A DNA stretch of 61,350 bases from SAR86 cluster bacterium (lineage in GTDB: Bacteria; Pseudomonadota; Gammaproteobacteria; Magnimaribacterales; TMED112): NCBI GenBank assembly GCA_004321845.1, contig SHBL01000001.1:1-61350 (forward strand), in the 5' to 3' direction. This document shows, piece after piece, positions 41,609 to 50,422 of this stretch. Positions within the stretch are counted from its first letter, which is position 1; the number at the start of each line of letters is the position of its first letter. The notes below the pieces were generated by a model. The model was not told where the DNA came from. It saw only the letters and a list, made by a program, of their open reading frames with translations, and ran no database searches. The position numbers and the translations under genes are program-made.

Positions 41609-42242
41609 GTTTTTTATTTGTTTTTGAAAAATGCTGGCAACCAAAAAACCCATTATGCGCTGATAGTGGTGAAGGATGAGAAGCTTCTAAAATATAGTTT
41701 CCATCACCAATTAGCATCCTCTTTTTCTTTGCATAATTTCCCCATAGAAGAAATATGATATTTTTTCTTTTTTGAATAAGGTCAATAGCTTTGTCAGTAA
41801 AATTTTCCCATCCTATAGTGGAATGAGAGGCTGCAATACCTGCACAAACAGACAAAGATGTATTCATTAAAAGTACGCCCTGTTTTGCCCAATGCGTTAA
41901 ATCACCATGAATGTTTTCAACACCCAAATCATTCTTCAATTCTTTAAAGATATTTATTAAAGAAGGGGGTAATTTTTGTTCTTTTCTAACAGAAAAAGCT
42001 AGACCATTAGCTACACCAGGAGTGTGATATGGATCTTGCCCTATGATTACAACTTTAACGTCTTCAAGTTTACAAATTTCAAAGGCTTTAAAATAATCTT
42101 TTGGGTTAGGCAAAACTATTTTACCTTGCTTATTATCAGAGATTAAACGAGCTTTTATAGCTTTAAAATATGGTTTTTTTATTTCGCTGTCGATAAATTT
42201 CTGCCAGCTTGATTGCTTATTCACTAGATAAAAATAGCACAT
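41565..42242 (-). CDS. ung: uracil-DNA glycosylase
   Basis: VVIIGQDPYH and ASHPSPLSA motifs. The 3' end overlaps the ygfZ 3' end by 44 nt. Confidence 0.9.
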   Translation of the reverse strand: MCYFYLVNKQSSWQKFIDSEIKKPYFKAIKARLISDNKQGKIVLPNPKDYFKAFEICKLEDVKVVIIGQDPYHTPGVANGLAFSVRKEQKLPPSLINIFKELKNDLGVENIHGDLTHWAKQGVLLMNTSLSVCAGIAASHSTIGWENFTDKAIDLIQKRKNIIFLLWGNYAKKKRMLIGDGNYILEASHPSPLSAHNGFFGCQHFSKTNKKLIDLGLVPIGWKLE

Positions 42243-42247
42243 TTTTT

Positions 42248-42270
42248 TTATCCACAGAAACTGTGGATAA
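42248..42270. promoter_or_regulatory. perfect inverted pair of consensus DnaA boxes (10-bp arms, 3-nt spacer)
   Basis: TTATCCACAG-AAA-CTGTGGATAA. Both 9-mers equal the TTATCCACA consensus. It sits 6 nt upstream of the ung ATG. Confidence 0.5.
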
Positions 42271-42491
42271 CTTTGGGGAAAAGTGCATCAAAATATCATA
42301 TATCCCATATAAGAAAATACTTTCATCAGATTGTATAAAAAATGAACAATATGTTTTTTACCAGTTAAAATCAGTGTTTCAAGCTATGCATTTAAATAAT
42401 ATTATTTTGATACAAAAAATATTAGTTAAAAGCGGCCAATGCTTATTCTTGTGTGAAAATCAATAGATATTGAAAAAAAAAGACGTTTTTT

Positions 42492-43676
42492 TTAGTAGCA
42501 AAGTCTTGCAATTGTAACACCACTGATTCTCTCTAGCTCTGAGACAATTGTGTGATTAATGTTGTCGTCGGTATCTATAATGTTGCATGCTAGTGTGCCA
42601 CGACTTTTGTTCACAAATTCTAAAATATTAATTTTATTTGAGGCTAAGCACTCTGCGATATTACTTATTATGCCTGGCTCATTTTTATTTGTTATGAACA
42701 GTCTATGCTTACCAATTTTTTCAGATTCTATATTAGGAAAATTTACGCTATTTATGATTCTCCCTTCCTTGATAAAATCACACAATTGAGAACAAGCCAT
42801 TACTGCACAATTTACCTCACTTTCTTTGGTACTAGCACCTAAATGCGGAAAAATTACTACATCTTTTTTTGTATTTAATCTTTGTAGTAATTGCTTTGTC
42901 GGAAAATCGGTTACATATTTATGTAAGTGCTGATTGTCTAAAAATTTTATCAAACTATTCTCATCAACTACCCCTCCTCTAGAGAAATTAATCAACACTG
43001 AGTTCTTTTTGAAAAGTTTTAATTTCGCCTCATTTATAATCCCTTTGGTATTTTTTGTTAAAGGAAGGTGTAGAGAAATAAAATCTGAGTTTTGCAAAAC
43101 CTCTTCCATACTTTCAAATCTTTGCAAGCTGCTTGGTAGGCGTAAAGCAGTATCAACAGTTAAGCCCGGGTCATAAGCATTCACTTTCATGCCTAAAGAC
43201 ATTGATTGTTCAGCAACCATAGAACCTATAGCTCCTAACCCTATTACTCCCAGCGTCTTGCCTTTAACTTCCTCTCCTTGATATTTTTTTTTCATTCCTT
43301 CAATCTCTGAACTTATTTCCTGATCGCTTTTACCTTCAGTAATCAATGAGTCCAAATTCCTATTTCCTGATACCAGATCCCTTCTTGACAGTATTAATGA
43401 GCAGATCACCATCTCTTTCACTGCATTTGCATTAGCACCAGGCGTGTTGAAAACCACGACACCATGTGATGAGCATTCGTCTATATTTATATTGTTTGTA
43501 CCAGCACCCGCACGAGCAATACCAAGAAGCTTTTTTGGTATTTGAAGTTCCGTCAAATCATGACTTCTTAGAACTATTCCTGAAGGGTTAGGGTCTTCAT
43601 TGGCTATTTGAAAGTTATTCAAATCAAAAATGTCTAAACCCTCTTTAGCTATGTTATTCAATATCTTTATTTTCAT
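42492..43676 (-). CDS. serA: D-3-phosphoglycerate dehydrogenase with an ACT domain
   Basis: 2-hydroxyacid dehydrogenase NAD motif GVIGLGAIGS and a C-terminal ACT-like region. I prefer the ATG at 43676 over the TTG at 43682. Confidence 0.85.
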   Translation of the reverse strand: MKIKILNNIAKEGLDIFDLNNFQIANEDPNPSGIVLRSHDLTELQIPKKLLGIARAGAGTNNINIDECSSHGVVVFNTPGANANAVKEMVICSLILSRRDLVSGNRNLDSLITEGKSDQEISSEIEGMKKKYQGEEVKGKTLGVIGLGAIGSMVAEQSMSLGMKVNAYDPGLTVDTALRLPSSLQRFESMEEVLQNSDFISLHLPLTKNTKGIINEAKLKLFKKNSVLINFSRGGVVDENSLIKFLDNQHLHKYVTDFPTKQLLQRLNTKKDVVIFPHLGASTKESEVNCAVMACSQLCDFIKEGRIINSVNFPNIESEKIGKHRLFITNKNEPGIISNIAECLASNKINILEFVNKSRGTLACNIIDTDDNINHTIVSELERISGVTIARLCY

Positions 43677-43746
43677 GATCAAGAGGTTTTAAAGAATACA
43701 CATTTATAAGCTTTATTTAAACGGGTATTACCAAATAAACGATATT

Positions 43747-43766
43747 TTATCCATAAGTTATCAACA
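43747..43766 (+). promoter_or_regulatory. two direct DnaA-like boxes upstream of nrdA
   Basis: TTATCCATA (43747-43755) and TTATCAACA (43758-43766), each with one mismatch to TTATCCACA; start-to-start spacing is 11 bp. Confidence 0.4.
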
Positions 43767-43772
43767 AGAAAA

Positions 43773-43819
43773 TTACAGCATATAGTGTCCAAATAAAAAA
43801 ATAACACAATATATTGTGT
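43773..43819. promoter_or_regulatory. tandem NrdR boxes
   Basis: ACACAATATATTGTGT (43804-43819) is a perfect 16-bp palindrome matching the NrdR box acaCwAtATaTwGtgt. TTACAGCATATAGTGT (43773-43788) has a perfect right half. Centre-to-centre distance is 31 bp. Confidence 0.7.
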
Positions 43820-43866
43820 TGAAATGCTTGAATGTCGGCACCATCTATAGAAAAATACGTAAAGTA

Positions 43867-46662
43867 ATGGAACAACAAGCAACACACAACATCCCGGAAG
43901 AAAAAAAGGACATAGCTCCTAATCAAGCAATGACACCGGGAAAGATCAGAGTCATAAAGAGAAACGGAAAAGTTGTTTCTTTTGAAGAAGAAAAAATCAA
44001 AGTCGCAATAATGAAGGCTTTTCTTGCCGTAGAAGGAGGCACAGCTGCTGGCTCTTCAAGAATACATGAAGAAGTCGACCAAATGGCTCAAGACATAATT
44101 GAAGTCTTTAAGAGAAGAATGCCATCAGGAGGAACAATCCACATAGAAGAAATCCAAGATCAAGTTGAACTTCAGTTGATGAGAAATGAACACCACAAAG
44201 TTGCAAGAACATATGTGCTATACAGAGAGGCGCGAAAAAATGAAAGAGTCGAAGAGAAACAAGACCTCAGCGTTGAGACGAGTGTCCAAGAGACAATTGA
44301 CGCCGCAGTCAAAAAAGCGTGTCATGGTCTAGAAAACCTTGATGAGAGTCTTCTTGCTTCCGAAATAAAAAATGCCACATATGAGGGCATCTCTGATAAA
44401 GATCTTGCAGATAGCATGCTTATGACTGCAAGAACCATGGTTGAGAAAGAACCAAATTATTCATATGCAACAGCAAGACTACTGTTAAACAATATGGAAA
44501 ATGAGGTTTGTGGTTTCTTGGGTATAAAAGAAAGAGAAAACAGAGCTGAAATGTACAAGCAAGCACTACATAAAACAATCGATAAAGGAATTGAGCTGGA
44601 TTTCATCAGCGAAGAGCTCAAAAAATTTGACCTGGAAAAGCTTGGATCAGCGATTCTAGAAGAGAGAGACTTTCAATTCAAATATCTAGGGCTTCAGACT
44701 CTCTACGATAGATATTTCATAACACATGAAGAAACTAGATATGAAATGCCTCAGGTTTTTTTTATGAGAGTAGCAATGGGTCTTGCGATAAACGAAACAA
44801 ATAAAAATGAGCGTGCTGTCGAATTTTATAAGCTGTTATCAAGCTTTGATTACATGAGCTCAACCCCAACACTATTCAATTCTGGTACCAATCGGCCCCA
44901 ACTTTCATCTTGTTATTTAACTACTGTCCCTGATGATCTTTCCGGGATATATGGCGCAATTAGAGATAATGCATTGTTATCCAAGTGGGCAGGAGGATTA
45001 GGAAATGATTGGACACCTGTTCGAGCTCTTGGCTCAAGAATTAAAGGCACAAATGGAAAAAGCCAAGGTATCGTGCCATTTCTCAAAGTATCAAACGATA
45101 CTGCTGTAGCTGTGAATCAAGGAGGTAAAAGAAAAGGTGCTTTCTGTGCATACCTAGAATGCTGGCATATGGATGTAGAAGAGTTCCTAGACCTAAGAAA
45201 AAATACAGGCGATGATCGAAGAAGAACACATGATATGAATACAGCTAATTGGATACCTGATCTATTTATGAAAAGGCTTGAGAAGAATGAAAAATGGACG
45301 CTGTTTTCCCCATCAGACGTGCCTGATCTTCATGATATTTATGGAACTGAGTTTGAAAGAAAGTACGAAGAATATGAAAAGATGGTGGAAGCAGGAGAAA
45401 TAAAATACTTCAAAACAATAGAGGCTAAAGACTTGTGGAGAAAAATTCTTTCAATGTTATTTGAGACCGGCCATCCGTGGGTCACATTTAAAGATCCATG
45501 CAATATCAGATCACCGCAAGGACATGTTGGAACTGTTCATTCCTCAAATTTGTGCACAGAAATAACTTTAAATACCAATGAAGAGGAAATTGCAGTGTGT
45601 AACTTGGGAAGCATTAACTTACCGCAACACATAGATGAAGGAAAAATAAATATTGAACAGCTCAAAGGTTCTGTAAAAACAGCAATACGAATGCTAGATA
45701 ACGTCATAGATATAAATTTTTACCCCGTACCACAAGCAGAGAATTCGAATAAAAAACATAGGCCCATAGGCTTAGGCTTAATGGGTTTTCAAGATGCTTT
45801 ATATAAGCTTGGTATTTCATATGACTCTGACGACGCAGTTGAGTTTGCTGACAGATCTATGGAACTAATAAGCTATTTTGCGATAGAAGCATCTTGTGAG
45901 CTTGCTGAAGAAAAAGGAGTATATGAAACATACAAAGGCTCTCTTTGGGATAATGGGATCTTCCCACTAGATTCTATTAATCTTCTCGCTGAACAAAGAG
46001 GCGAAGAGTTTATAGATCAGAATAGAGAAAAAACTCTTGATTGGGACAAGCTTAAAGAAAAGGTTGCAAAGCATGGCATAAGGAACTCAAATGTTATGGC
46101 GATTGCGCCAACTGCAACAATTGCAAACATAACTGGAGTTTCTCAATCTATAGAACCGACATACCAAAACCTCTACGTTAAATCTAATCTTTCAGGAGAG
46201 TTTACAGTTGTTAATCCCTACTTGATTGAAGAGTTAAAGAAAGAGAATCTCTGGGATGAAGTTATGTTAAGTGATCTGAAGTATTTTGAGGGATCATTGA
46301 AACAGATTAATCGTGTACCGGAACACATAAAAGAAAAGTTTAAAACTGCATTTGAAATAGAACCTAGATATATCGTGGAAGCAGCAAGCAGAAGACAAAA
46401 ATGGATTGATCAAGCACAATCATTAAACCTATACATTGCAAATGTAGATGGTAAAAAATTAGATATTACATACAGAATGGCGTGGTATAAAGGCCTCAAA
46501 ACAACGTATTATTTGAGAGCAATGGGAGCCACTGCGACTGAAAAATCAACGGTGGAGAGGAGCAGCTTGAATGCTGTACAATCAAATCAAGAAGCGCAAG
46601 CAACTGCGCAGGCACCAAGTGCTTGTAGCATACTTGATCCAGATTGTGAGGCGTGTCAATAA
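43867..46662 (+). CDS. nrdA: class Ia ribonucleotide reductase alpha subunit
   Basis: ATP-cone (IRVIKRNGKVVSFEEEKIKVAI), catalytic SNLCTEI and a C-terminal CxxC tail. I chose the ATG at 43867 (MEQQATH...) over the ORF-track start at 43816. Confidence 0.93.
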   Translation: MEQQATHNIPEEKKDIAPNQAMTPGKIRVIKRNGKVVSFEEEKIKVAIMKAFLAVEGGTAAGSSRIHEEVDQMAQDIIEVFKRRMPSGGTIHIEEIQDQVELQLMRNEHHKVARTYVLYREARKNERVEEKQDLSVETSVQETIDAAVKKACHGLENLDESLLASEIKNATYEGISDKDLADSMLMTARTMVEKEPNYSYATARLLLNNMENEVCGFLGIKERENRAEMYKQALHKTIDKGIELDFISEELKKFDLEKLGSAILEERDFQFKYLGLQTLYDRYFITHEETRYEMPQVFFMRVAMGLAINETNKNERAVEFYKLLSSFDYMSSTPTLFNSGTNRPQLSSCYLTTVPDDLSGIYGAIRDNALLSKWAGGLGNDWTPVRALGSRIKGTNGKSQGIVPFLKVSNDTAVAVNQGGKRKGAFCAYLECWHMDVEEFLDLRKNTGDDRRRTHDMNTANWIPDLFMKRLEKNEKWTLFSPSDVPDLHDIYGTEFERKYEEYEKMVEAGEIKYFKTIEAKDLWRKILSMLFETGHPWVTFKDPCNIRSPQGHVGTVHSSNLCTEITLNTNEEEIAVCNLGSINLPQHIDEGKINIEQLKGSVKTAIRMLDNVIDINFYPVPQAENSNKKHRPIGLGLMGFQDALYKLGISYDSDDAVEFADRSMELISYFAIEASCELAEEKGVYETYKGSLWDNGIFPLDSINLLAEQRGEEFIDQNREKTLDWDKLKEKVAKHGIRNSNVMAIAPTATIANITGVSQSIEPTYQNLYVKSNLSGEFTVVNPYLIEELKKENLWDEVMLSDLKYFEGSLKQINRVPEHIKEKFKTAFEIEPRYIVEAASRRQKWIDQAQSLNLYIANVDGKKLDITYRMAWYKGLKTTYYLRAMGATATEKSTVERSSLNAVQSNQEAQATAQAPSACSILDPDCEACQ

Positions 46663-46674
46663 ACGGAGGTAATT

Positions 46675-47973
46675 ATGTTAAGTTGGGAAGACTATTATAA
46701 AGACGAAGCACCGGTAAAAAAGGATGAAAAAAAGAGTCCTGAGCCGAGAGTAGCAGAAGTAACTGGAACAGAAAATGCTCAAGCAGTAGAAAATACTCAA
46801 GCAGTAAAAGTTCAAATACCAGATACAGATACGCTTGTAACTGAAGATATGAATTCAGAAGCTATGCAAGATATTGAAAACTACACAACAATGAAAGAGC
46901 CAACTGAAGCTGAGCTTGAAAAAGTTCGCGAAAGAATGGCAAGTGCTCTTGAGGGTAGAGTGCAAGTAGGTCAAAAAGCTATGATAAATTCAAAAGCAGA
47001 TCTAAACCAACTTGTTCCTTTCAAATATAAATGGGCATGGGAGAAATATCTTGATGGATCAGCAAACCATTGGATGCCTCAAGAAGTAAACATGACAGCA
47101 GACATAGCCTTGTGGAAATCAGAAGATGGTTTAACCGAAGATGAAAGAACGATAATAAAAAGAAGCTTAGGCTTCTTCTCAACAGCTGATTCTTTAGTTG
47201 CAAATAACGTTGTTCTTGCTGTTTATAAAAACATCACTAATCCTGAGTGTAGGCAGTATTTGCTTAGACAAGCATTCGAAGAAGCTATCCACACACACGC
47301 TTATCAATACTGTGTAGAGTCACTTGGTATGGATGAAGGTGAAATATTTAATATGTATAGAGAAGTGCCTTGCGTTGAAGCTAAGGCTGCATGGGGTCTA
47401 AAATATACTCAAGCACTTGAAGATCCGACTTTTGAGACTGGGACACCAGAAAACGATAAGCTTTTCTTATCAAATCTGATCGCTTTCTACTGTGTCTTGG
47501 AAGGGATGTTCTTTTATTGTGGATTCTCTCAGATCCTTTCAATGGGACGAAGAAATAAGATGACAGGTGTTTCAGAACAATTTCAGTACATCATGAGAGA
47601 TGAATCAATGCATGTTAATTTTGGAATAGATGTTATTAACTCAATCATTAATGAAAACCCAAGCCTTTGGGACGATGAAATGAAAAAGAGAGCTTCTGAC
47701 ATGATTATAGAAGGAACAGAGCTTGAAATTAACTATGCCAGAGACACAATGCCAAGAGGTGTTCTAGGCATGAATGCTAAGACAATGGAAGAATATTTAA
47801 AATATGTCTGTAATAGACGTCTTACTCAAATTAATCTTCCAGAAGCTTACCCAGGTGCTGAGAATCCTTTCCCATGGATGTCAGAAATCATGGATTTAAG
47901 AAAAGAGAAAAACTTTTTCGAGACGAGAGTAATTGAGTATCAGGTAGGCGGATCTCTAAAGTTTGACGACTAA
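46675..47973 (+). CDS. nrdB: class Ia ribonucleotide reductase beta subunit with a long acidic N-terminal extension
   Basis: Di-iron ligand motifs (EEAIHTHAY with the radical Tyr present; RDESMH). About 100-aa disordered N-terminus, as in Pseudomonas-type NrdB. Confidence 0.93.
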   Translation: MLSWEDYYKDEAPVKKDEKKSPEPRVAEVTGTENAQAVENTQAVKVQIPDTDTLVTEDMNSEAMQDIENYTTMKEPTEAELEKVRERMASALEGRVQVGQKAMINSKADLNQLVPFKYKWAWEKYLDGSANHWMPQEVNMTADIALWKSEDGLTEDERTIIKRSLGFFSTADSLVANNVVLAVYKNITNPECRQYLLRQAFEEAIHTHAYQYCVESLGMDEGEIFNMYREVPCVEAKAAWGLKYTQALEDPTFETGTPENDKLFLSNLIAFYCVLEGMFFYCGFSQILSMGRRNKMTGVSEQFQYIMRDESMHVNFGIDVINSIINENPSLWDDEMKKRASDMIIEGTELEINYARDTMPRGVLGMNAKTMEEYLKYVCNRRLTQINLPEAYPGAENPFPWMSEIMDLRKEKNFFETRVIEYQVGGSLKFDD

Positions 47974-48016
47974 AGTTTTGCACTGCCTTAGGTCTGCAAC
48001 TATTGGCGGTGCTCTT

Positions 48017-48046
48017 AAAAAAAAAGGCTCATAAAGAGCCTTTTTT
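48017..48046. terminator. bidirectional rho-independent terminator
   Basis: A-run, ggctc, ataaa, gagcc, T-run between the convergent nrdB and SDR genes. Confidence 0.8.
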
Positions 48047-48064
48047 ATTTATGATAGAAATAAT

Positions 48065-48976
48065 TTAACTTTCTGATTTGCTAATTGTTTCTAGATGTTT
48101 GATTGCAACATCGCCGCCTTGGAATGGTCTTTTAGCATCTGTAGTGTCTGCAACTTCTGACCAATGATCAGCAACAGCTTCTGCATTGAACCCTTCATCA
48201 GTGCCAAAATACTTACCCATAGTTTCCATGATGTATGTATTTGCTACAACCCCTCCTCCAGCTTCTAAGATTTCTCCATTTGGAGCTTTTTCGCTAGCTA
48301 AGAAGACGACTGCAGGAATAATCAAACGTGGATCAAGCTTTTCTGCAAACTCAGCAGGAAATAAATGTTCTGTCATACGTGTTGTTGCAGTTGGAGCAAC
48401 TGAGTTGGTGTGAATGTTATATTTCGCACCCTCAAGCTTCAGTGTATTCATTAGACCAACAACACCCATTTTTGCTGCTCCATAATTGGTTTGACCAAAG
48501 TTGCCAAATAAACCTGAGGAAGAGCTTGTCATTATTATTCTTCCATATTCTTGATCTTTCATAATTGGAAATACTGTATGAGCGCATAATGCAGAACCCA
48601 TTAGATGAACATTAACGACTGTCACAAAATCTGACCACTCCATCTTTGCAAAAGATTTATCTCTAAGGATTCCTGCGTTATTAACAAGAATGTCTACTCT
48701 GCCCCATTTTGTCATAACATCTTCAACCATTGCTTTGACATCTTCTTCTGAACAAACATTTGCGCCATTTGCTAGGGCTTCGCCACCAGCAGCTTCTATT
48801 TCTTGCACAACTGCTTCAGCTGCAGATACAGAACCTCCAGAACCATCAACTGCACCTCCTAAATCGTTTACAACAACTTTTGCACCTCTTTGTGCTAACT
48901 CCAATGCATAACCTTTACCAATTCCACCACCTGATCCGGTGACGATGGCAACTTTTCCTTCAAAATCTAGTGACAT
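48065..48976 (-). CDS. SDR-family oxidoreductase (MFE-2-type 3-hydroxyacyl-CoA dehydrogenase-like)
   Basis: VTGSGGGIGKGYALELAQRGAKVVVNDLGG and YGAAK motifs. Confidence 0.8.
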   Translation of the reverse strand: MSLDFEGKVAIVTGSGGGIGKGYALELAQRGAKVVVNDLGGAVDGSGGSVSAAEAVVQEIEAAGGEALANGANVCSEEDVKAMVEDVMTKWGRVDILVNNAGILRDKSFAKMEWSDFVTVVNVHLMGSALCAHTVFPIMKDQEYGRIIMTSSSSGLFGNFGQTNYGAAKMGVVGLMNTLKLEGAKYNIHTNSVAPTATTRMTEHLFPAEFAEKLDPRLIIPAVVFLASEKAPNGEILEAGGGVVANTYIMETMGKYFGTDEGFNAEAVADHWSEVADTTDAKRPFQGGDVAIKHLETISKSES

Positions 48977-49069
48977 TCTCTGACTCCTTTAAAATAAACT
49001 GTTAGAGTGTAAATTCTAATGGAAATCGATCACAAGTAAACATAGAATAAAGATTATTTTTTACAAGAA

Positions 49070-50056
49070 ATGAAAGTAGTAGTAACAGGTGCAGCAGGTC
49101 AGATAGCATATTCCTTAATCCCTTTCCTTTGTGAAAAGGGTGTTTTCAGTTCCAGTAAAAAATTAGATTTAAATTTAGTTGAAATACCGCAAGCAATGGG
49201 CAGGCTAGATGGTTTTGTAAAAGAACTTGAGGATTCAGCTTACTCTACTGTTAATTCAATAAATACTTTTGACAAAATAGAAGATGCAGTTGTAGATGCT
49301 GATTGGTGTCTCTTGGTTGGATCTATACCTCGTGGAATAGTTTTAAATGGTAAGGAAATCAAAGAAAGATCAGACCTATTACAGATAAATGGCAGCATCT
49401 TTACAGAACAAGGAAAAGCAATTGGTGCGCGTGCAAAAGAACATTGCAAAGTTCTTGTTGTTGGAAATCCAGCAAATACTAATGCATTGATTGGATACAA
49501 AAGCGCAGGAAAAAATACTCAATTATGGCTGGCAATGACTATGCTTGATGCGCTTAGAGCAAAAGCACAACTGTCCCAAAAACTTGGTTGCCATGTTGAT
49601 GATATATACCGTTTGGCAATATTTGGTAACCACAGCCCAACAATGTTTCCTGATTTAGAAAATACATTAGTGGCTGGTAAAAACGCATACCAAGAGATAG
49701 ATGATCATGGCTGGGTTGAGAATGATTTTCTTCCCAAAATTCAACAAAGAGGTGCTGAAATAATCAAAGCTAGAGGTGCTTCTTCAGCATCATCAGCTGC
49801 TAGAGCTGCCTGTGACACTGTAAAAGCTGTTGAACATCCTACTAGATCAGGTGATGTTTTTAACGCTGCGGTAATGAGCGATGGTGCTTATGGTATGCCT
49901 GAGGGTATATTTTCTGGTTTTCCTCTAATCTCAGATGGTAAAGGCTCTGTTGAGATTGTTCGAGATTATAGTCTTAGTGATTTTGCAAAAAAAGGATTAG
50001 AGAAAACTGCAAATGAATTGGTTGAAGAAAGAGATTTAGTCAAAGATTTAATCTAA
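49070..50056 (+). CDS. mdh: malate dehydrogenase (LDH-like/cytosolic-type family)
   Basis: MKVVVTGAAGQIAYSL and VVGNPANTNA motifs. Confidence 0.9.
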   Translation: MKVVVTGAAGQIAYSLIPFLCEKGVFSSSKKLDLNLVEIPQAMGRLDGFVKELEDSAYSTVNSINTFDKIEDAVVDADWCLLVGSIPRGIVLNGKEIKERSDLLQINGSIFTEQGKAIGARAKEHCKVLVVGNPANTNALIGYKSAGKNTQLWLAMTMLDALRAKAQLSQKLGCHVDDIYRLAIFGNHSPTMFPDLENTLVAGKNAYQEIDDHGWVENDFLPKIQQRGAEIIKARGASSASSAARAACDTVKAVEHPTRSGDVFNAAVMSDGAYGMPEGIFSGFPLISDGKGSVEIVRDYSLSDFAKKGLEKTANELVEERDLVKDLI

Positions 50057-50422
50057 ACACCAACCTGAGAGATCTATATTGTTATTCTTATTAGGTTTGT
50101 TGCTTTCATATACCTGCCAACTTAAATTCCCTTCATTATCATAATATTTTGCCGTACCTTCTATTTTGCCTTTAGAAATTGGATACGTTCCCTTCACCAC
50201 TCCATTTGGATACCAAGTAGTTAACTCGCCATCCAGAATTCCGTTTTTATAGAATGATTGCTTTCCTATTTGACCATTGAGATACCATTTCTGATATAAG
50301 CCCTCTCTAATATCACCCTGAAGCTCAAATCTTTCTTTCAACTCACCTGTTTTGTAATGAGTTTCCACAGTCTCTGATTGCATAAAATTTGCTAAAAATA
50401 ATAATAGAATGATTCTAATCAT
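50048..50422 (-). CDS. secreted MORN-repeat (YwqK-like) protein
   Basis: Repeated G-x-W/Y-x-NG pattern (YQKWYLNGQ, TTWYPNGV, KYYDNEGN). Signal-like MIRIILLLFLANF from the ATG at 50422, 2 nt after the upstream stop. Confidence 0.6.
   Translation of the reverse strand: MIRIILLLFLANFMQSETVETHYKTGELKERFELQGDIREGLYQKWYLNGQIGKQSFYKNGILDGELTTWYPNGVVKGTYPISKGKIEGTAKYYDNEGNLSWQVYESNKPNKNNNIDLSGWCLD

Noticed and set aside
42209-42466. 85-aa ORF spanning the ung-serA spacer. Similar spacer ORFs occur at 43679-43885 and 10466-10651.
   Set aside because: They start inside or against neighbouring genes, show AT-rich low-complexity translations and have no RBS. They are likely spurious, although the spacers themselves are flagged as interesting.
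47260-47310. Possibility that NrdB is a radical-less class Ic protein (Phe at the tyrosyl radical site), given the unusual N-terminal extension.
   Set aside because: The motif reads EEAIHTHAY, with Tyr at the radical position, which is consistent with an ordinary class Ia protein.
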